DNA of 17,386 bases. Source: Verrucomicrobiota bacterium. GTDB taxonomy: Bacteria > Verrucomicrobiota > Verrucomicrobiia > Limisphaerales > CANJXF01. The stretch lies in assembly GCA_038214755.1 (NCBI GenBank), contig JBBQRQ010000107.1, forward strand, positions 1-17,386, read 5' to 3'. The notes under the pieces are model-generated. The model was not told where the DNA came from. It ran no database searches and saw only the letters and a program-made list of their open reading frames with translations. A program made the translations under genes and the position numbers. Positions within the stretch are counted from its first letter, which is position 1, and each line of letters begins with the position of its first letter. Of this stretch, positions 1 through 7,747 are shown piece after piece.

Positions 1-15
1 GTGTTCATGCGCGCG

Positions 16-44
16 AAATTAGGTGAACGCGGAATTTGTGGCAA
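16..44 (-). promoter_or_regulatory. sigma70-type promoter for a probably leaderless gene starting at ATG 8..6 and running off the left edge
   Basis: Minus strand: TTGCCA (44-39), 17 nt, TAATTT (21-16), 7 nt, ATG. Confidence 0.6.
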
Positions 45-64
45 GTGTGTAGAACAGCAAGGCC

Positions 65-94
65 GGGTAGCACCAGCCTCCGGCGGGCGCGAAG
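65..94. repeat. 30-bp direct repeat of 1214..1243
   Basis: gggtagcaccagcctccggcgggcgcgaag vs gggtatcatctgcctccggcgggtgcgaag, 26/30 identical. Confidence 0.85.
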
Positions 95-120
95 GGATTT
101 CTTTTTCCCTTAAGAAATTT

Positions 121-1206
121 TCACGAAACCTTCTTATTAAGTGGCTCCACTCCTTCCAGCAGAATTCGCGTCGGCTGATTCAACGCCATCGCCAATGCGT
201 CGGCGACCGAAACCCAGCGAAATTCCTGCGCTTCCTCGTTGAGTTTCACGTCGGGATTTCCGCGAGTCCGACAGGTGTAATTCAACAAAACGAAATGGGC
301 CTCGCGATAAAACTCTTTGGAATGAATGCAATCCTGCGCCAAAACAAATTCGATGTCCGTGATTTCCAAATCGGTTTCTTCTTTGATCTCGCGGCGTAAC
401 GCACCCGGTGACGGTTCGCCAAACTTTATTTTTCCGCCGGGGATTCCCCAAAGGTTCGACCACTTGTGCGTGCGCACCATCAAGACTTGACCGGCTTCAT
501 CAAAAATCGCCGCGCCCACTGTGCAAATCGGATGAGAAATGGGCGCGACTTCCTGCCCATGTCTGCGATGCGCGATCTCAAAATTATTTTGCTCCAGAAT
601 TTCCTGAAGTTCTCCGAGGTGTTCGACGATGACATCCGGCTCGCTCTCGCGCAATTGCTCGAGCCGATTGTAGCCGGTCAAAACCGCGCAGGAAAAAACG
701 CCGCCATGCTTCGCGGTTTCGATGTCGTGCTGCATGTCACCGATGAACATTGTTTCCTTTGCCGCGAGTTGATTCTCGGAGAGGATTTCCAGAATTTTCT
801 CACGCTTATCCAAAATTTCCACGTAAGGCTTCTCGATCAGGTCACCGAATCCAGTCACGCCAATTTGCACCGCGAAATGATCGCGATGCACTGTGCTCAA
901 CAAAAAAGTTCGAACGCCATGCCGTCGGCAGAAAAGTAAGAAATCGCGGGCATGCGGCAGTTCAACCACCGAATCCTGCACCTGTTTGAAATGGCCGTGA
1001 AACCACTTCTCCAATTGTTCCAACGCGACGTTCGGCGTGTAGCGGTCGTAAAACTTTTTGAACGGCAAACAAAATTCCGCACGAAATTGTTCGATGGTCA
1101 GTTCCTTCAAGCCGGCTTGGGCAAAAACAAAATTGGTCGCGCGAAAGACGGCGGGCAAATCATCGACCAATGTTCCCGACCAATCGAAGATGATATTGCG
1201 AATCAC
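121..1206 (-). CDS. HAD-family hydrolase fused to a C-terminal Nudix hydrolase
   Basis: HAD motif I IIFDWSGTLVD, motif IV FIGDMQHDI; Nudix box GGKIKFGEPSPGALRREIKEETDL. Confidence 0.92.
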   Translation of the reverse strand: MIRNIIFDWSGTLVDDLPAVFRATNFVFAQAGLKELTIEQFRAEFCLPFKKFYDRYTPNVALEQLEKWFHGHFKQVQDSVVELPHARDFLLFCRRHGVRTFLLSTVHRDHFAVQIGVTGFGDLIEKPYVEILDKREKILEILSENQLAAKETMFIGDMQHDIETAKHGGVFSCAVLTGYNRLEQLRESEPDVIVEHLGELQEILEQNNFEIAHRRHGQEVAPISHPICTVGAAIFDEAGQVLMVRTHKWSNLWGIPGGKIKFGEPSPGALRREIKEETDLEITDIEFVLAQDCIHSKEFYREAHFVLLNYTCRTRGNPDVKLNEEAQEFRWVSVADALAMALNQPTRILLEGVEPLNKKVS

Positions 1207-1212
1207 GATCGC

Positions 1213-1243
1213 AGGGTATCATCTGCCTCCGGCGGGTGCGAAG
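1213..1243 (-). promoter_or_regulatory. putative leaderless promoter of the HAD-Nudix gene
   Basis: Minus strand: TTCGCA ... TGa-TACCCT, 6 nt, GTG start at 1206; no Shine-Dalgarno. Confidence 0.5.
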
Positions 1244-1358
1244 TGAGAAAGTGAGAAAGTGAGAAAAGGAGAAAAGGGGCAAAGCTTTGAAGTTCCACTT
1301 TCTCGCCTGCTCCTTTTCCCCTTTTCTCCTTTTCTCATCTTCTCCTCTGCTCCTTTTC
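1241..1358. repeat. inverted arrays of octamer repeats (GAGAAA(A/G)(G/T) versus CTCCTTTT)
   Basis: gtgagaaagtgagaaagtgagaaaaggagaaaagggg ... ctccttttccccttttctccttttctcatcttctcctctgctcctttt; begins about 5 nt after the stop at 1363. Confidence 0.85.
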
Positions 1359-1362
1359 GCAG

Positions 1363-2313
1363 TCAGTCCGGCCGCGGACATTTGAAAAGTGTGGGGCGCG
1401 TGTCCAGGAGAAATCGTTTTCGCGGCATACCGTTGTTATCCGTGACGAGCCAAAAATAATTTTTATCCACCGCCAAACCTTCCAAAGTTGGATTGGGCGC
1501 GAGGTAGGCCACGTCAGGTTCCTGCGTCATTTCGCCAAAATTGTATTCCGCCAAAATGCAATGCTCCTTCGGATTAATTTTCACCAAGACACGATTTTCG
1601 CGCAGCAACGCAAAGAGCGCGCCATCGAACCAGCACAAATCCGAATAGTGAACGTCCTTCATTTTTGTTTTGGTCGGATGCACGGTGAAGTCATCGACGA
1701 TTTTCAAACTCTTCAAATCGACCACGATGATGCGACCTTCCTGCCGTTCGTTGGCGACAAAAATTTTTCCGTCGCCAATCGCAATTCCCTCGAAGGACGC
1801 ATTGTGATCTGTCGGATGGAAATATTTTTCTACGGGCGACCAGTCGATTGGAAGTCGCTCAACTTTTTTTGTTTTCGGATCCAGGCGCAAAATCCAACGG
1901 TTGGCTTCCTCGCATAAATAAATTCGCCCTTGTTTGTCTTCGGCAATTCCTTCGCAATCGTAACGATCCACTTTTTCCGCAGCGAAAGGCGTGAACTGTG
2001 TCGCATTGAAATAATCCGAAATGACAATTAAATCGGCGGAGTTTTTCTTTTCTGAAAATTGAATTCGGCAAAGCGTGGGATTGCGATCGTTGACTGTGAG
2101 CAGGTCGCCATTTTTTCGGAGCAACAAACCGGACGCATCGAATCGCTCGCCGTTGGCTGGATTGAGTTGCCAGATTTTTTCGGCGCGTAAAACGTAGCAA
2201 GGCCAGGCGTTGGAAGACGACGGGGAAGAAACTATCTCTTCAGATTTTGTCGCGCAGCCGGTGAGAAAAATCGCCCATCCGACAAAAGAAATCCAGGCGG
2301 TCCGAAGTTGCAC
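1363..2313 (-). CDS. lipoprotein, SdiA-regulated/YjiK-like or phytase-like beta-propeller
   Basis: Lipobox FLTGC; repeated blade motifs DASGL, DCEGIA, SFEGIA, YSDL, LEGLA and terminal VTDN. Confidence 0.8.
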   Translation of the reverse strand: MQLRTAWISFVGWAIFLTGCATKSEEIVSSPSSSNAWPCYVLRAEKIWQLNPANGERFDASGLLLRKNGDLLTVNDRNPTLCRIQFSEKKNSADLIVISDYFNATQFTPFAAEKVDRYDCEGIAEDKQGRIYLCEEANRWILRLDPKTKKVERLPIDWSPVEKYFHPTDHNASFEGIAIGDGKIFVANERQEGRIIVVDLKSLKIVDDFTVHPTKTKMKDVHYSDLCWFDGALFALLRENRVLVKINPKEHCILAEYNFGEMTQEPDVAYLAPNPTLEGLAVDKNYFWLVTDNNGMPRKRFLLDTRPTLFKCPRPD

Positions 2314-2319
2314 GGGCGG

Positions 2320-2328
2320 GTTATAGCA
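2320..2328 (-). promoter_or_regulatory. extended -10 element, leaderless
   Basis: Minus strand TGcTATAAC, 6 nt, GTG at 2313. Confidence 0.6.
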
Positions 2329-2361
2329 AATCCAATTGCTGAAACAAGAAAGGTTAGTGTC

Positions 2362-2533
2362 TAAAACCGAAGTTCGAAAACCGAAGGCCGAAAGAAATCC
2401 GAAAACCCGAAACCCGAATGCCGGTCGGCTCAGACACCATCACGGAGCACCTTTCTGCGTCGGCAACCAAACGTTGTTCGGACTTCGGATTTCGAGCTTC
2501 TTTTCGGCATTCGGATTTCGGAATTCAGGTTAA
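2362..2533. repeat. inverted arrays of heptamer repeats (AA(A/T)CCGA / TCGGA(T/C)T), MITE-like
   Basis: Left arm aaaaccgaagttcgaaaaccgaaggccgaaagaaatccgaaaacccgaaacccgaa pairs imperfectly with ttcggacttcggatttcgagcttcttttcggcattcggatttcggaattcagg; the right end TTAA contains the stop of 2530..3327. Confidence 0.85.
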
Positions 2534-3327
2534 CGGGCGGCCGCGCCAAAAACTTTCTGGAGCAAATCGGTGGTGCGAGCGGCCGGATTTTCGCGAATCA
2601 TTTTCTCCTGTTCCGCCACCATTTTGAACAAGCCATCCATCGCTTTCCCGGTGACGTAGCTATCAATGTCGATGGCGTCCCGGTTCAAATATTTATCCGC
2701 ATTCAAACTTTTCCCAAAACTCCCGAGGCCGCCACTGGTCGAATTCGAGCCGCCGGCTTTTGCCAGAAATTTTTTGTAACTTGAGACAACGCCGGTTCGC
2801 TCGGTCGCAGATTTGACGATGGGCAAAAAGCGGTTGAACAAATTCGTCTCCGTGACGCGGCGGAAATATTGCGTGGCAGAATCTTTCCCGCCCTTGAGCA
2901 AACCGCGCGCGTCGTCAATCGACATTTTTTGAACCGCATCGGCGAAAACAGAACTCGCCACCGGCACCGCTTGCTCGGCGGCGCGGTTCATCGTGGCGAC
3001 AAAATCATCCGCATATTTTTCCTGGCCGATGGCGCGCAGACCTTTTTCAACTTTTTGCAATTTTTCGGGCATGGGAATTCTTACGTTCATGTTCGTGAGA
3101 AAACCATTGGTGCGTCCAAGTTGGGAAACAGCGTGTTGCACGCCTTTGCCGAGCGCCTGTTTCAAGCCGAGAACAATTTGGTCTTGCGAAAGCGCCGAGA
3201 TGGAAACGACAGAATTGGTTTTCTTGCCGAGACCAAATTTCTCAAAGAGATCGGCGCGGGCGAGATTGGTAGAGAAAAGCACTGCTGCGAGAGCGAAAAA
3301 AGGAACCAGTAAACGGGAAGTCTTCAT
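2530..3327 (-). CDS. DUF4197 family exported protein
   Basis: Signal peptide (…ARA/D); GLKQAL, GFLTN..VRIPMP, MNRAAEQA, SATQYF, EKMIRENPAARTTDLLQKVFG. Confidence 0.9.
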   Translation of the reverse strand: MKTSRLLVPFFALAAVLFSTNLARADLFEKFGLGKKTNSVVSISALSQDQIVLGLKQALGKGVQHAVSQLGRTNGFLTNMNVRIPMPEKLQKVEKGLRAIGQEKYADDFVATMNRAAEQAVPVASSVFADAVQKMSIDDARGLLKGGKDSATQYFRRVTETNLFNRFLPIVKSATERTGVVSSYKKFLAKAGGSNSTSGGLGSFGKSLNADKYLNRDAIDIDSYVTGKAMDGLFKMVAEQEKMIRENPAARTTDLLQKVFGAAAR

Positions 3328-3432
3328 AATTTATTCTGCTGAAACTAAATCGTTTCGCCAGAGCGTTGACAACACGAAAAACATTATCCACCGAGGCCAG
3401 TGCGGAAGCCGCGACCTAATGAACACCTGTTT

Positions 3433-3604
3433 TTAACCCGAAAACCGAGGCGGAACCCAACAGAAGAAAACAAAGAGAACAAAGCAAAGGATTTCCGCTG
3501 CTTCTGGCGCGATCGATTTTGTGTAACGCTAGATTACGACAAGTCCTTCTGCCTTCGTTTTCTCCGTTCGCTTCTGGGAAATGAACTTCGGACTTCGGGT
3601 TTAA
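3433..3604. repeat. nested inverted-repeat (MITE-like) element bounded by TTAA
   Basis: ttaacccgaaaaccgagg … cttcggacttcgggtttaa outer arms; cagaagaaaacaaagagaacaaag … cttcgttttctccgttcgcttctg inner 9-mer arms. Confidence 0.75.
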
Positions 3605-3644
3605 CGCAGAGGTCGCAAAGGTTTTCGCAGAGGCGCGCAGAGAA
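3601..3644. repeat. single arm of a CGCAGAG-type repeat element
   Basis: aacgcagaggtcgcaaaggttttcgcagaggcgcgcagagaa; no inverted partner nearby. Confidence 0.65.
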
Positions 3645-3650
3645 ACGACC

Positions 3651-3709
3651 TTTGGAATCTCGCCGAGAAAAACGCGACGTTTGTTGCATGGCGTCACCGC
3701 TGTTGCCGT
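3651..3709 (-). pseudogene. diverged fragment of the uvrD 3' region
   Basis: Aligns to 3889..3946 (49 identities, 9 mismatches, 1 extra base); encodes GNSGDAMQQTSRF/LGEIP versus GGTGDVMQQPSRFLGEIP. Confidence 0.88.
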
Positions 3710-3710
3710 C

Positions 3711-3843
3711 GTAGCGCAGCTTTGCAAGCTGCTGTATCGCAGGTTTTCAACCTGCGGCGGTTCGAGTGTTTCGAGCGCGTCCGATTTTCCAACGTTCTGC
3801 CGGTTGCAAACCGGCGATACGGCAGGATGCAATCCTGCGCTAC
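3711..3843. repeat. GTAG-type REP doublet (inverted pair)
   Basis: gtagcgcagctttgcaagctgctgtatcgcaggttttcaacctgc … gccggttgcaaaccggcgatacggcaggatgcaatcctgcgctac; internal hairpins; the minus-strand GTAG supplies the uvrD TAG stop. Confidence 0.85.
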
Positions 3844-5897
3844 GCGTAAGGATGCATCGGACGCAAATTCCATTCTTCGACAAGGTCTTTTGGAATCTCG
3901 CCGAGAAAACGCGACGGCTGTTGCATCACATCGCCGGTGCCGCCGTGAGTCAGGCGAATTAGCGGATAACTCAAATAAAGTTCATTGCGCGCGCGCGTCA
4001 CCGCGACGTAAAACAACCGGCGCTCTTCTTCGATTCCATCGAGATCTTCCAGCGAGCGCGCCGATGGAAAAAGTCCGTCGCAAAGCATGATGACGAACAC
4101 GACATCGAACTCCAAACCTTTGGCTTGATGAATTGAGGAAAGGCGAAGTTGCTCGGAATCGTTCGTCGGCTGGTTGTCTTCTGCCTCGACGTTGGTGAGC
4201 AAGGCGAGTTGGGTCAAAAGTTCTTCGAGCGTTTTGAATTGCTGCGCGAAGTTGGCGAGTTGTTCCAAGTCTTCGAGGCGTTGTCGGAAGTTGGCGTATT
4301 CCTCCTGCAAATGTTCTTTGTAGCCCGCTTCAATCACGAGCCGGATCATGCGCGAAGCGTTTCCGCGAATTGGCTCTGTTTCCAACTGCGCAATGGTCGC
4401 AACAAATTGCGTCCAAGCCACAGCAGTTTTTTTAGGAACGAAATTCGTGCAACGCTGCAACGCCGTGGCAATCGGGTTTTGAGTTTTGAGTTTTGAGTTT
4501 TGAGTTTCCGATTCTGAATTCAGTCTCCTGTCTCCTGTCTCCTGAAATCTCAGCCACAATTTTTCCGCGCCTTTTCCGCCGATGCCCGGCAGCAAACGAA
4601 CGAGTCGCTTGAACGAAAGCTCATCGCGCGCGTTGGAAATAAATTTCAAAAACGCGGCAACATCCTTCACATGCGCCTGCTCGAAAAACCGAATCCCGCT
4701 CGTAATCGAGAACGGAATATTTCGCCGCGTCAATTCCAGTTGCAGTTCCAACGCGTGAAAATGCGAGCGATACAATACCGCCATTTCGTTGATGTTCCCG
4801 CCTTCTTCGCGCAATTCCAAAACCCGCTGCGCGACGAACTGCGCCTGCTCGCCGCCCGTGTTGCAAGTCACGACGGTGGGTTTGTTCCCCGACTTGCGTG
4901 CGGGCGAAAGATGTTTGACGAATTGATTGATGTTCGCAGCAATCGCGGCATTAGCCACCGCCAGAATTTCCGGCGTGCTGCGATAATTGATTTCAATTTT
5001 GTAAACGTGCGCGCCGGGATAACGATTTGGAAATTCCAAAATATTTTTGAAGTTCGCGCCGCGCCACGAGTAGATGCTCTGCGAATCATCACCGACGACC
5101 ATGACGTTTTTGTGTCGCGCGCCGAGCGTGTCAATCAAGTCGCCCTGAAGTTTGTTCGTGTCCTGATATTCATCGACAAGAATGAATTGAAATCGCCGCT
5201 GATACTGTTCGCGCACCTCTTCATTTTCCTGAAGCAATCTAAGCCAGAGCACGAGGAGATCATCGAAGTCCACGGCGTTGGTGGAGCGTTTGCGCGCGGT
5301 GTAACATTTTTGCAAATCAATAATCTGCGGCGCGAGTTCCAAAAAATAATCGTATTGTTCGGTCAAAATTTCCTGAATGGTTTTTTGCGTGTTGATCGCC
5401 ATCGAAAAAATATCGCCGAGCACGTCCGCCTTTGGAAAGCGCGTGGCTTTGACATCGATTTCCGATTCGCCAATACAGGCGTTCAACAAATCCTTTGCGT
5501 CTTCTCGATCCATGATGGAGAAATCCGATTGATAGCCGAGCAGCCTGGCGTGCCGTCGCAAAACGCGATTGCCAATCGAATGAAACGTTCCGCCCCAAAG
5601 TCCCGCGCCTGCCGGATCGCTGCCAAGTAAATCGCCGACGCGCCGCATCATTTCCTTCGCCGCTTTGTTCGTGAACGTGAGCAGCAGAATTTTGTCGGCG
5701 GGAATGCCTTGTTCGAGCAAATAGGCAACCCGATAAATCAGCGTGCGAGTTTTTCCAGAACCTGCGCCCGCGATGACCAAGGCCGCTCCGGGCGACGCCG
5801 TGACGGCGGCGTGTTGTTGCGGATTCAGTTCCTTTGGATAATCGATTTGCAGTTCGATCGGCGAACTGAACGGCTGCAAAACATAATCACGCGGCAT
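3840..5897 (-). CDS. uvrD: ATP-dependent SF1 DNA helicase, UvrD/PcrA family
   Basis: LNPQQ Q-motif, AGAGSGKT, LLTFTNKAA, VDEYQDTN, VGDDSQSIYSWRGA, NYRS, SIHQAKGLEF, EERRLFYVAVTRA. Confidence 0.96.
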   Translation of the reverse strand: MPRDYVLQPFSSPIELQIDYPKELNPQQHAAVTASPGAALVIAGAGSGKTRTLIYRVAYLLEQGIPADKILLLTFTNKAAKEMMRRVGDLLGSDPAGAGLWGGTFHSIGNRVLRRHARLLGYQSDFSIMDREDAKDLLNACIGESEIDVKATRFPKADVLGDIFSMAINTQKTIQEILTEQYDYFLELAPQIIDLQKCYTARKRSTNAVDFDDLLVLWLRLLQENEEVREQYQRRFQFILVDEYQDTNKLQGDLIDTLGARHKNVMVVGDDSQSIYSWRGANFKNILEFPNRYPGAHVYKIEINYRSTPEILAVANAAIAANINQFVKHLSPARKSGNKPTVVTCNTGGEQAQFVAQRVLELREEGGNINEMAVLYRSHFHALELQLELTRRNIPFSITSGIRFFEQAHVKDVAAFLKFISNARDELSFKRLVRLLPGIGGKGAEKLWLRFQETGDRRLNSESETQNSKLKTQNPIATALQRCTNFVPKKTAVAWTQFVATIAQLETEPIRGNASRMIRLVIEAGYKEHLQEEYANFRQRLEDLEQLANFAQQFKTLEELLTQLALLTNVEAEDNQPTNDSEQLRLSSIHQAKGLEFDVVFVIMLCDGLFPSARSLEDLDGIEEERRLFYVAVTRARNELYLSYPLIRLTHGGTGDVMQQPSRFLGEIPKDLVEEWNLRPMHPYA
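4474..4544. repeat. two heptamer tandem repeats inside uvrD
   Basis: About 5 copies of GAGTTTT (4474-4508) and about 3 of CTGTCTC (4521-4544); encode QETGDRRLNSESETQNSKLKTQNP. Confidence 0.9.
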
Positions 5898-6032
5898 AGA
5901 AAAAATTGAAAAGGGAATTGAGTGGCAGTGAAAGGAAATTCATCTCGAAGAATTCATCAAGTCGGGGAACGACGGTTCGGGCGCGCCCAATCAAAGCTAG
6001 CGAGGATAAACTCCCTTTGCTACGTTTCCGCC

Positions 6033-6248
6033 ATGAAGATCGCCGAAATCGAAAAGGAAGCACTGACCTTAAGCGAGCAAGAGCGCGGACATCTCGCGGC
6101 GGTGTTGCTGGCAACCTTGCCACCGCCGGAAACCGATGTGTCAGACGAAGAAGTCTGGCAACGTGAAGCGGAGATGGAAAGCGGCCGCGTTCAGCCAATT
6201 AGTCATGAAGAATTCGTGCGAGTCGTTGAACGAGACCGCCGCCGATGA
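6033..6248 (+). CDS. putative addiction-module antitoxin (TIGR02574-like)
   Basis: EIEKEALTLSEQERGHLAAVLLATL … WQREAEMESGRVQPISHEEF; preceded by TGcTACGTT, 6 nt, ATG. Confidence 0.85.
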   Translation: MKIAEIEKEALTLSEQERGHLAAVLLATLPPPETDVSDEEVWQREAEMESGRVQPISHEEFVRVVERDRRR

Positions 6249-6301
6249 AGGTGGTTTACAATTCTCGCATTCTGAAAAACGTGTTTAAAAAAAACTTCAC
6301 C

Positions 6302-6628
6302 ATGCAAAACCAATCGGACATTCCTTCCGTCGCAGAGATGCGAGCGCTCCTTCGTCCCTTCTGCGAAAAACACCGCATACGCCGTCTCGACGTGTTTGGT
6401 TCAGCCGCGCGCGGTGACGCAGTGCCCGGCAGCGATGTGGATCTGCTCGTCACGCTGAATGACTCCACGTCGGTGTCCACCGCTCTACTTTTGGAAATGG
6501 CGGGCGAGGCGGAAGAAATTGTCGGATTCCCGGTGGATTTTGTTTTGCGCAGGTCGCTGGAAAAATCTCCCAACCAATTCGCCCGCGACCACATTCTCAG
6601 TTCCGCCGTTTGTCTCTATGGAAACTGA
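6302..6628 (+). CDS. mntA: minimal nucleotidyltransferase (MNT) antitoxin
   Basis: VFGSAARGDAVPGSDVDLLV motif, PVDFV; alternative in-frame start at 6245. Confidence 0.9.
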   Translation: MQNQSDIPSVAEMRALLRPFCEKHRIRRLDVFGSAARGDAVPGSDVDLLVTLNDSTSVSTALLLEMAGEAEEIVGFPVDFVLRRSLEKSPNQFARDHILSSAVCLYGN

Positions 6629-7142
6629 GCAACTCGGTCGCCTGCAAGACATCCTGAACGCCGCCCAGCTTATTTCTTCTTACGTGCAAGGCGTGTCCGA
6701 AGCCGAGTTCATTGACAACTTCGAGAAACAAGATGCTGTGATCCGGCGCATCGAAGTAATTGGCGAAGCGACAGCGCATTTGAATGATGAGACTCGCAGT
6801 GCCATTCCTGATCTCCCGTTCCGCAAGATGCGCGGGATGCGAAACATCGTCGCCCACGACTATGCGAACGTTAACCTAAAAGTGGTGTGGGAAGTGGCAA
6901 CGGTGCATATACCGGATGTCTGCCAACTGCTGGAGAAATTCTTTGCGGAACTGAAATCATCGTGGACTCGATCGGCGCAGGGGGAAACCTCCCACTTCGC
7001 CGCCGCCAACGCGAGAAACGCCAAGTCAGTTTCCAGTCGGCTTCGAACTCCGAGCCGGCAGGAACCGCAAACCGTTTCACGGAATGAGCCTGACGGGTTA
7101 CGACAATCAGAAGGAAAAATACAACACCGTCTGGGTCGATGA
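6618..7142 (+). CDS. hepT: HEPN/DUF86 RNase toxin with an aberrant C-terminal read-through
   Basis: RLQDIL, QDAVIRRIEVIGEA, Rx4H motif RNIVAHDY, VVWEV; family-like sequence ends near 6950 but there is no stop until 7142; start overlaps the MNT end. Confidence 0.88.
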   Translation: METEQLGRLQDILNAAQLISSYVQGVSEAEFIDNFEKQDAVIRRIEVIGEATAHLNDETRSAIPDLPFRKMRGMRNIVAHDYANVNLKVVWEVATVHIPDVCQLLEKFFAELKSSWTRSAQGETSHFAAANARNAKSVSSRLRTPSRQEPQTVSRNEPDGLRQSEGKIQHRLGR

Positions 7143-7362
7143 CATGAGCACCGCCATCCTGACCAGCGAAGGCACCGCCGAGAACGGCGCGAAAGTTCTC
7201 ACCTTCATGGGCAAGATGGATTGCCCGGCGACCGGCGAGAAAGATATGCCGATCAAACAAGTGCTGCGAATCATCAGCCCCAACAAACGCGTCTTCGAAA
7301 TGCACGACGTCAGCAAAGGCGGCGACAACAAGACGATGGAAATCACCTACACGCGGAAGTAA
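7067..7362 (+). pseudogene. 3' fragment of a DUF1579-like gene, copy 1
   Basis: KPFHGMSLTGYDNQKEKYNTVWVDDMST … KTMEITYTRK*; no N-terminal half or signal peptide upstream. Confidence 0.85.
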
Positions 7363-7471
7363 TTGTTGTTTGGGCAAAGCCCAATTTTACGTGAGGTGGC
7401 GTTGCCACGTCGTCCAAATATTTTCTTCCATTGTGTCACCATGCTGTGCGCGTTTTCGACGCAATCGAAGC

Positions 7472-7500
7472 TTGCTGCTCCAACCCGGGCAAACTAACTT
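7472..7500 (+). promoter_or_regulatory. leaderless promoter of the DUF433-PIN operon
   Basis: TTGCTG, 17 nt, TAACTT, 7 nt, ATG 7508. Confidence 0.6.
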
Positions 7501-7507
7501 TTATCCG

Positions 7508-7747
7508 ATGAGTGCCGTAGCTGAAATCACTAGCGCCGTCGGAGGTTTGGTGGTGTCCAATCCCGGTATCCTGGGCGGCACGCCCGTTTTTCGCGGCACA
7601 CGCCTGCCCGTTCAAACTCTTTTCGATTATCTCGCCGACGGCCTGAGTCTGGACTATTTCCTGGAAACCTTTGATGGCGTCACGCGCGAACAGGCCACCG
7701 GTGTCTTGCGTTACGGCTGGAATCGAATTACGGCGGAACTAACTTGA
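7508..7747 (+). CDS. DUF433 family antitoxin
   Basis: NPGILGGTPVFRGTRLPVQTLFDYLADGLSLDYFL..FDGVTREQ. Confidence 0.92.
   Translation: MSAVAEITSAVGGLVVSNPGILGGTPVFRGTRLPVQTLFDYLADGLSLDYFLETFDGVTREQATGVLRYGWNRITAELT

Noticed and set aside
3400..3883. ORFs 3400..3714 and 3416..3883
   Set aside because: They are translations of repeat elements and the uvrD scar.
7084..7362. 92-aa ORF (and 7902..8282, 13625..14068) as stand-alone genes
   Set aside because: They start at internal Met codons or are chimeric frames of a truncated DUF1579-like gene.
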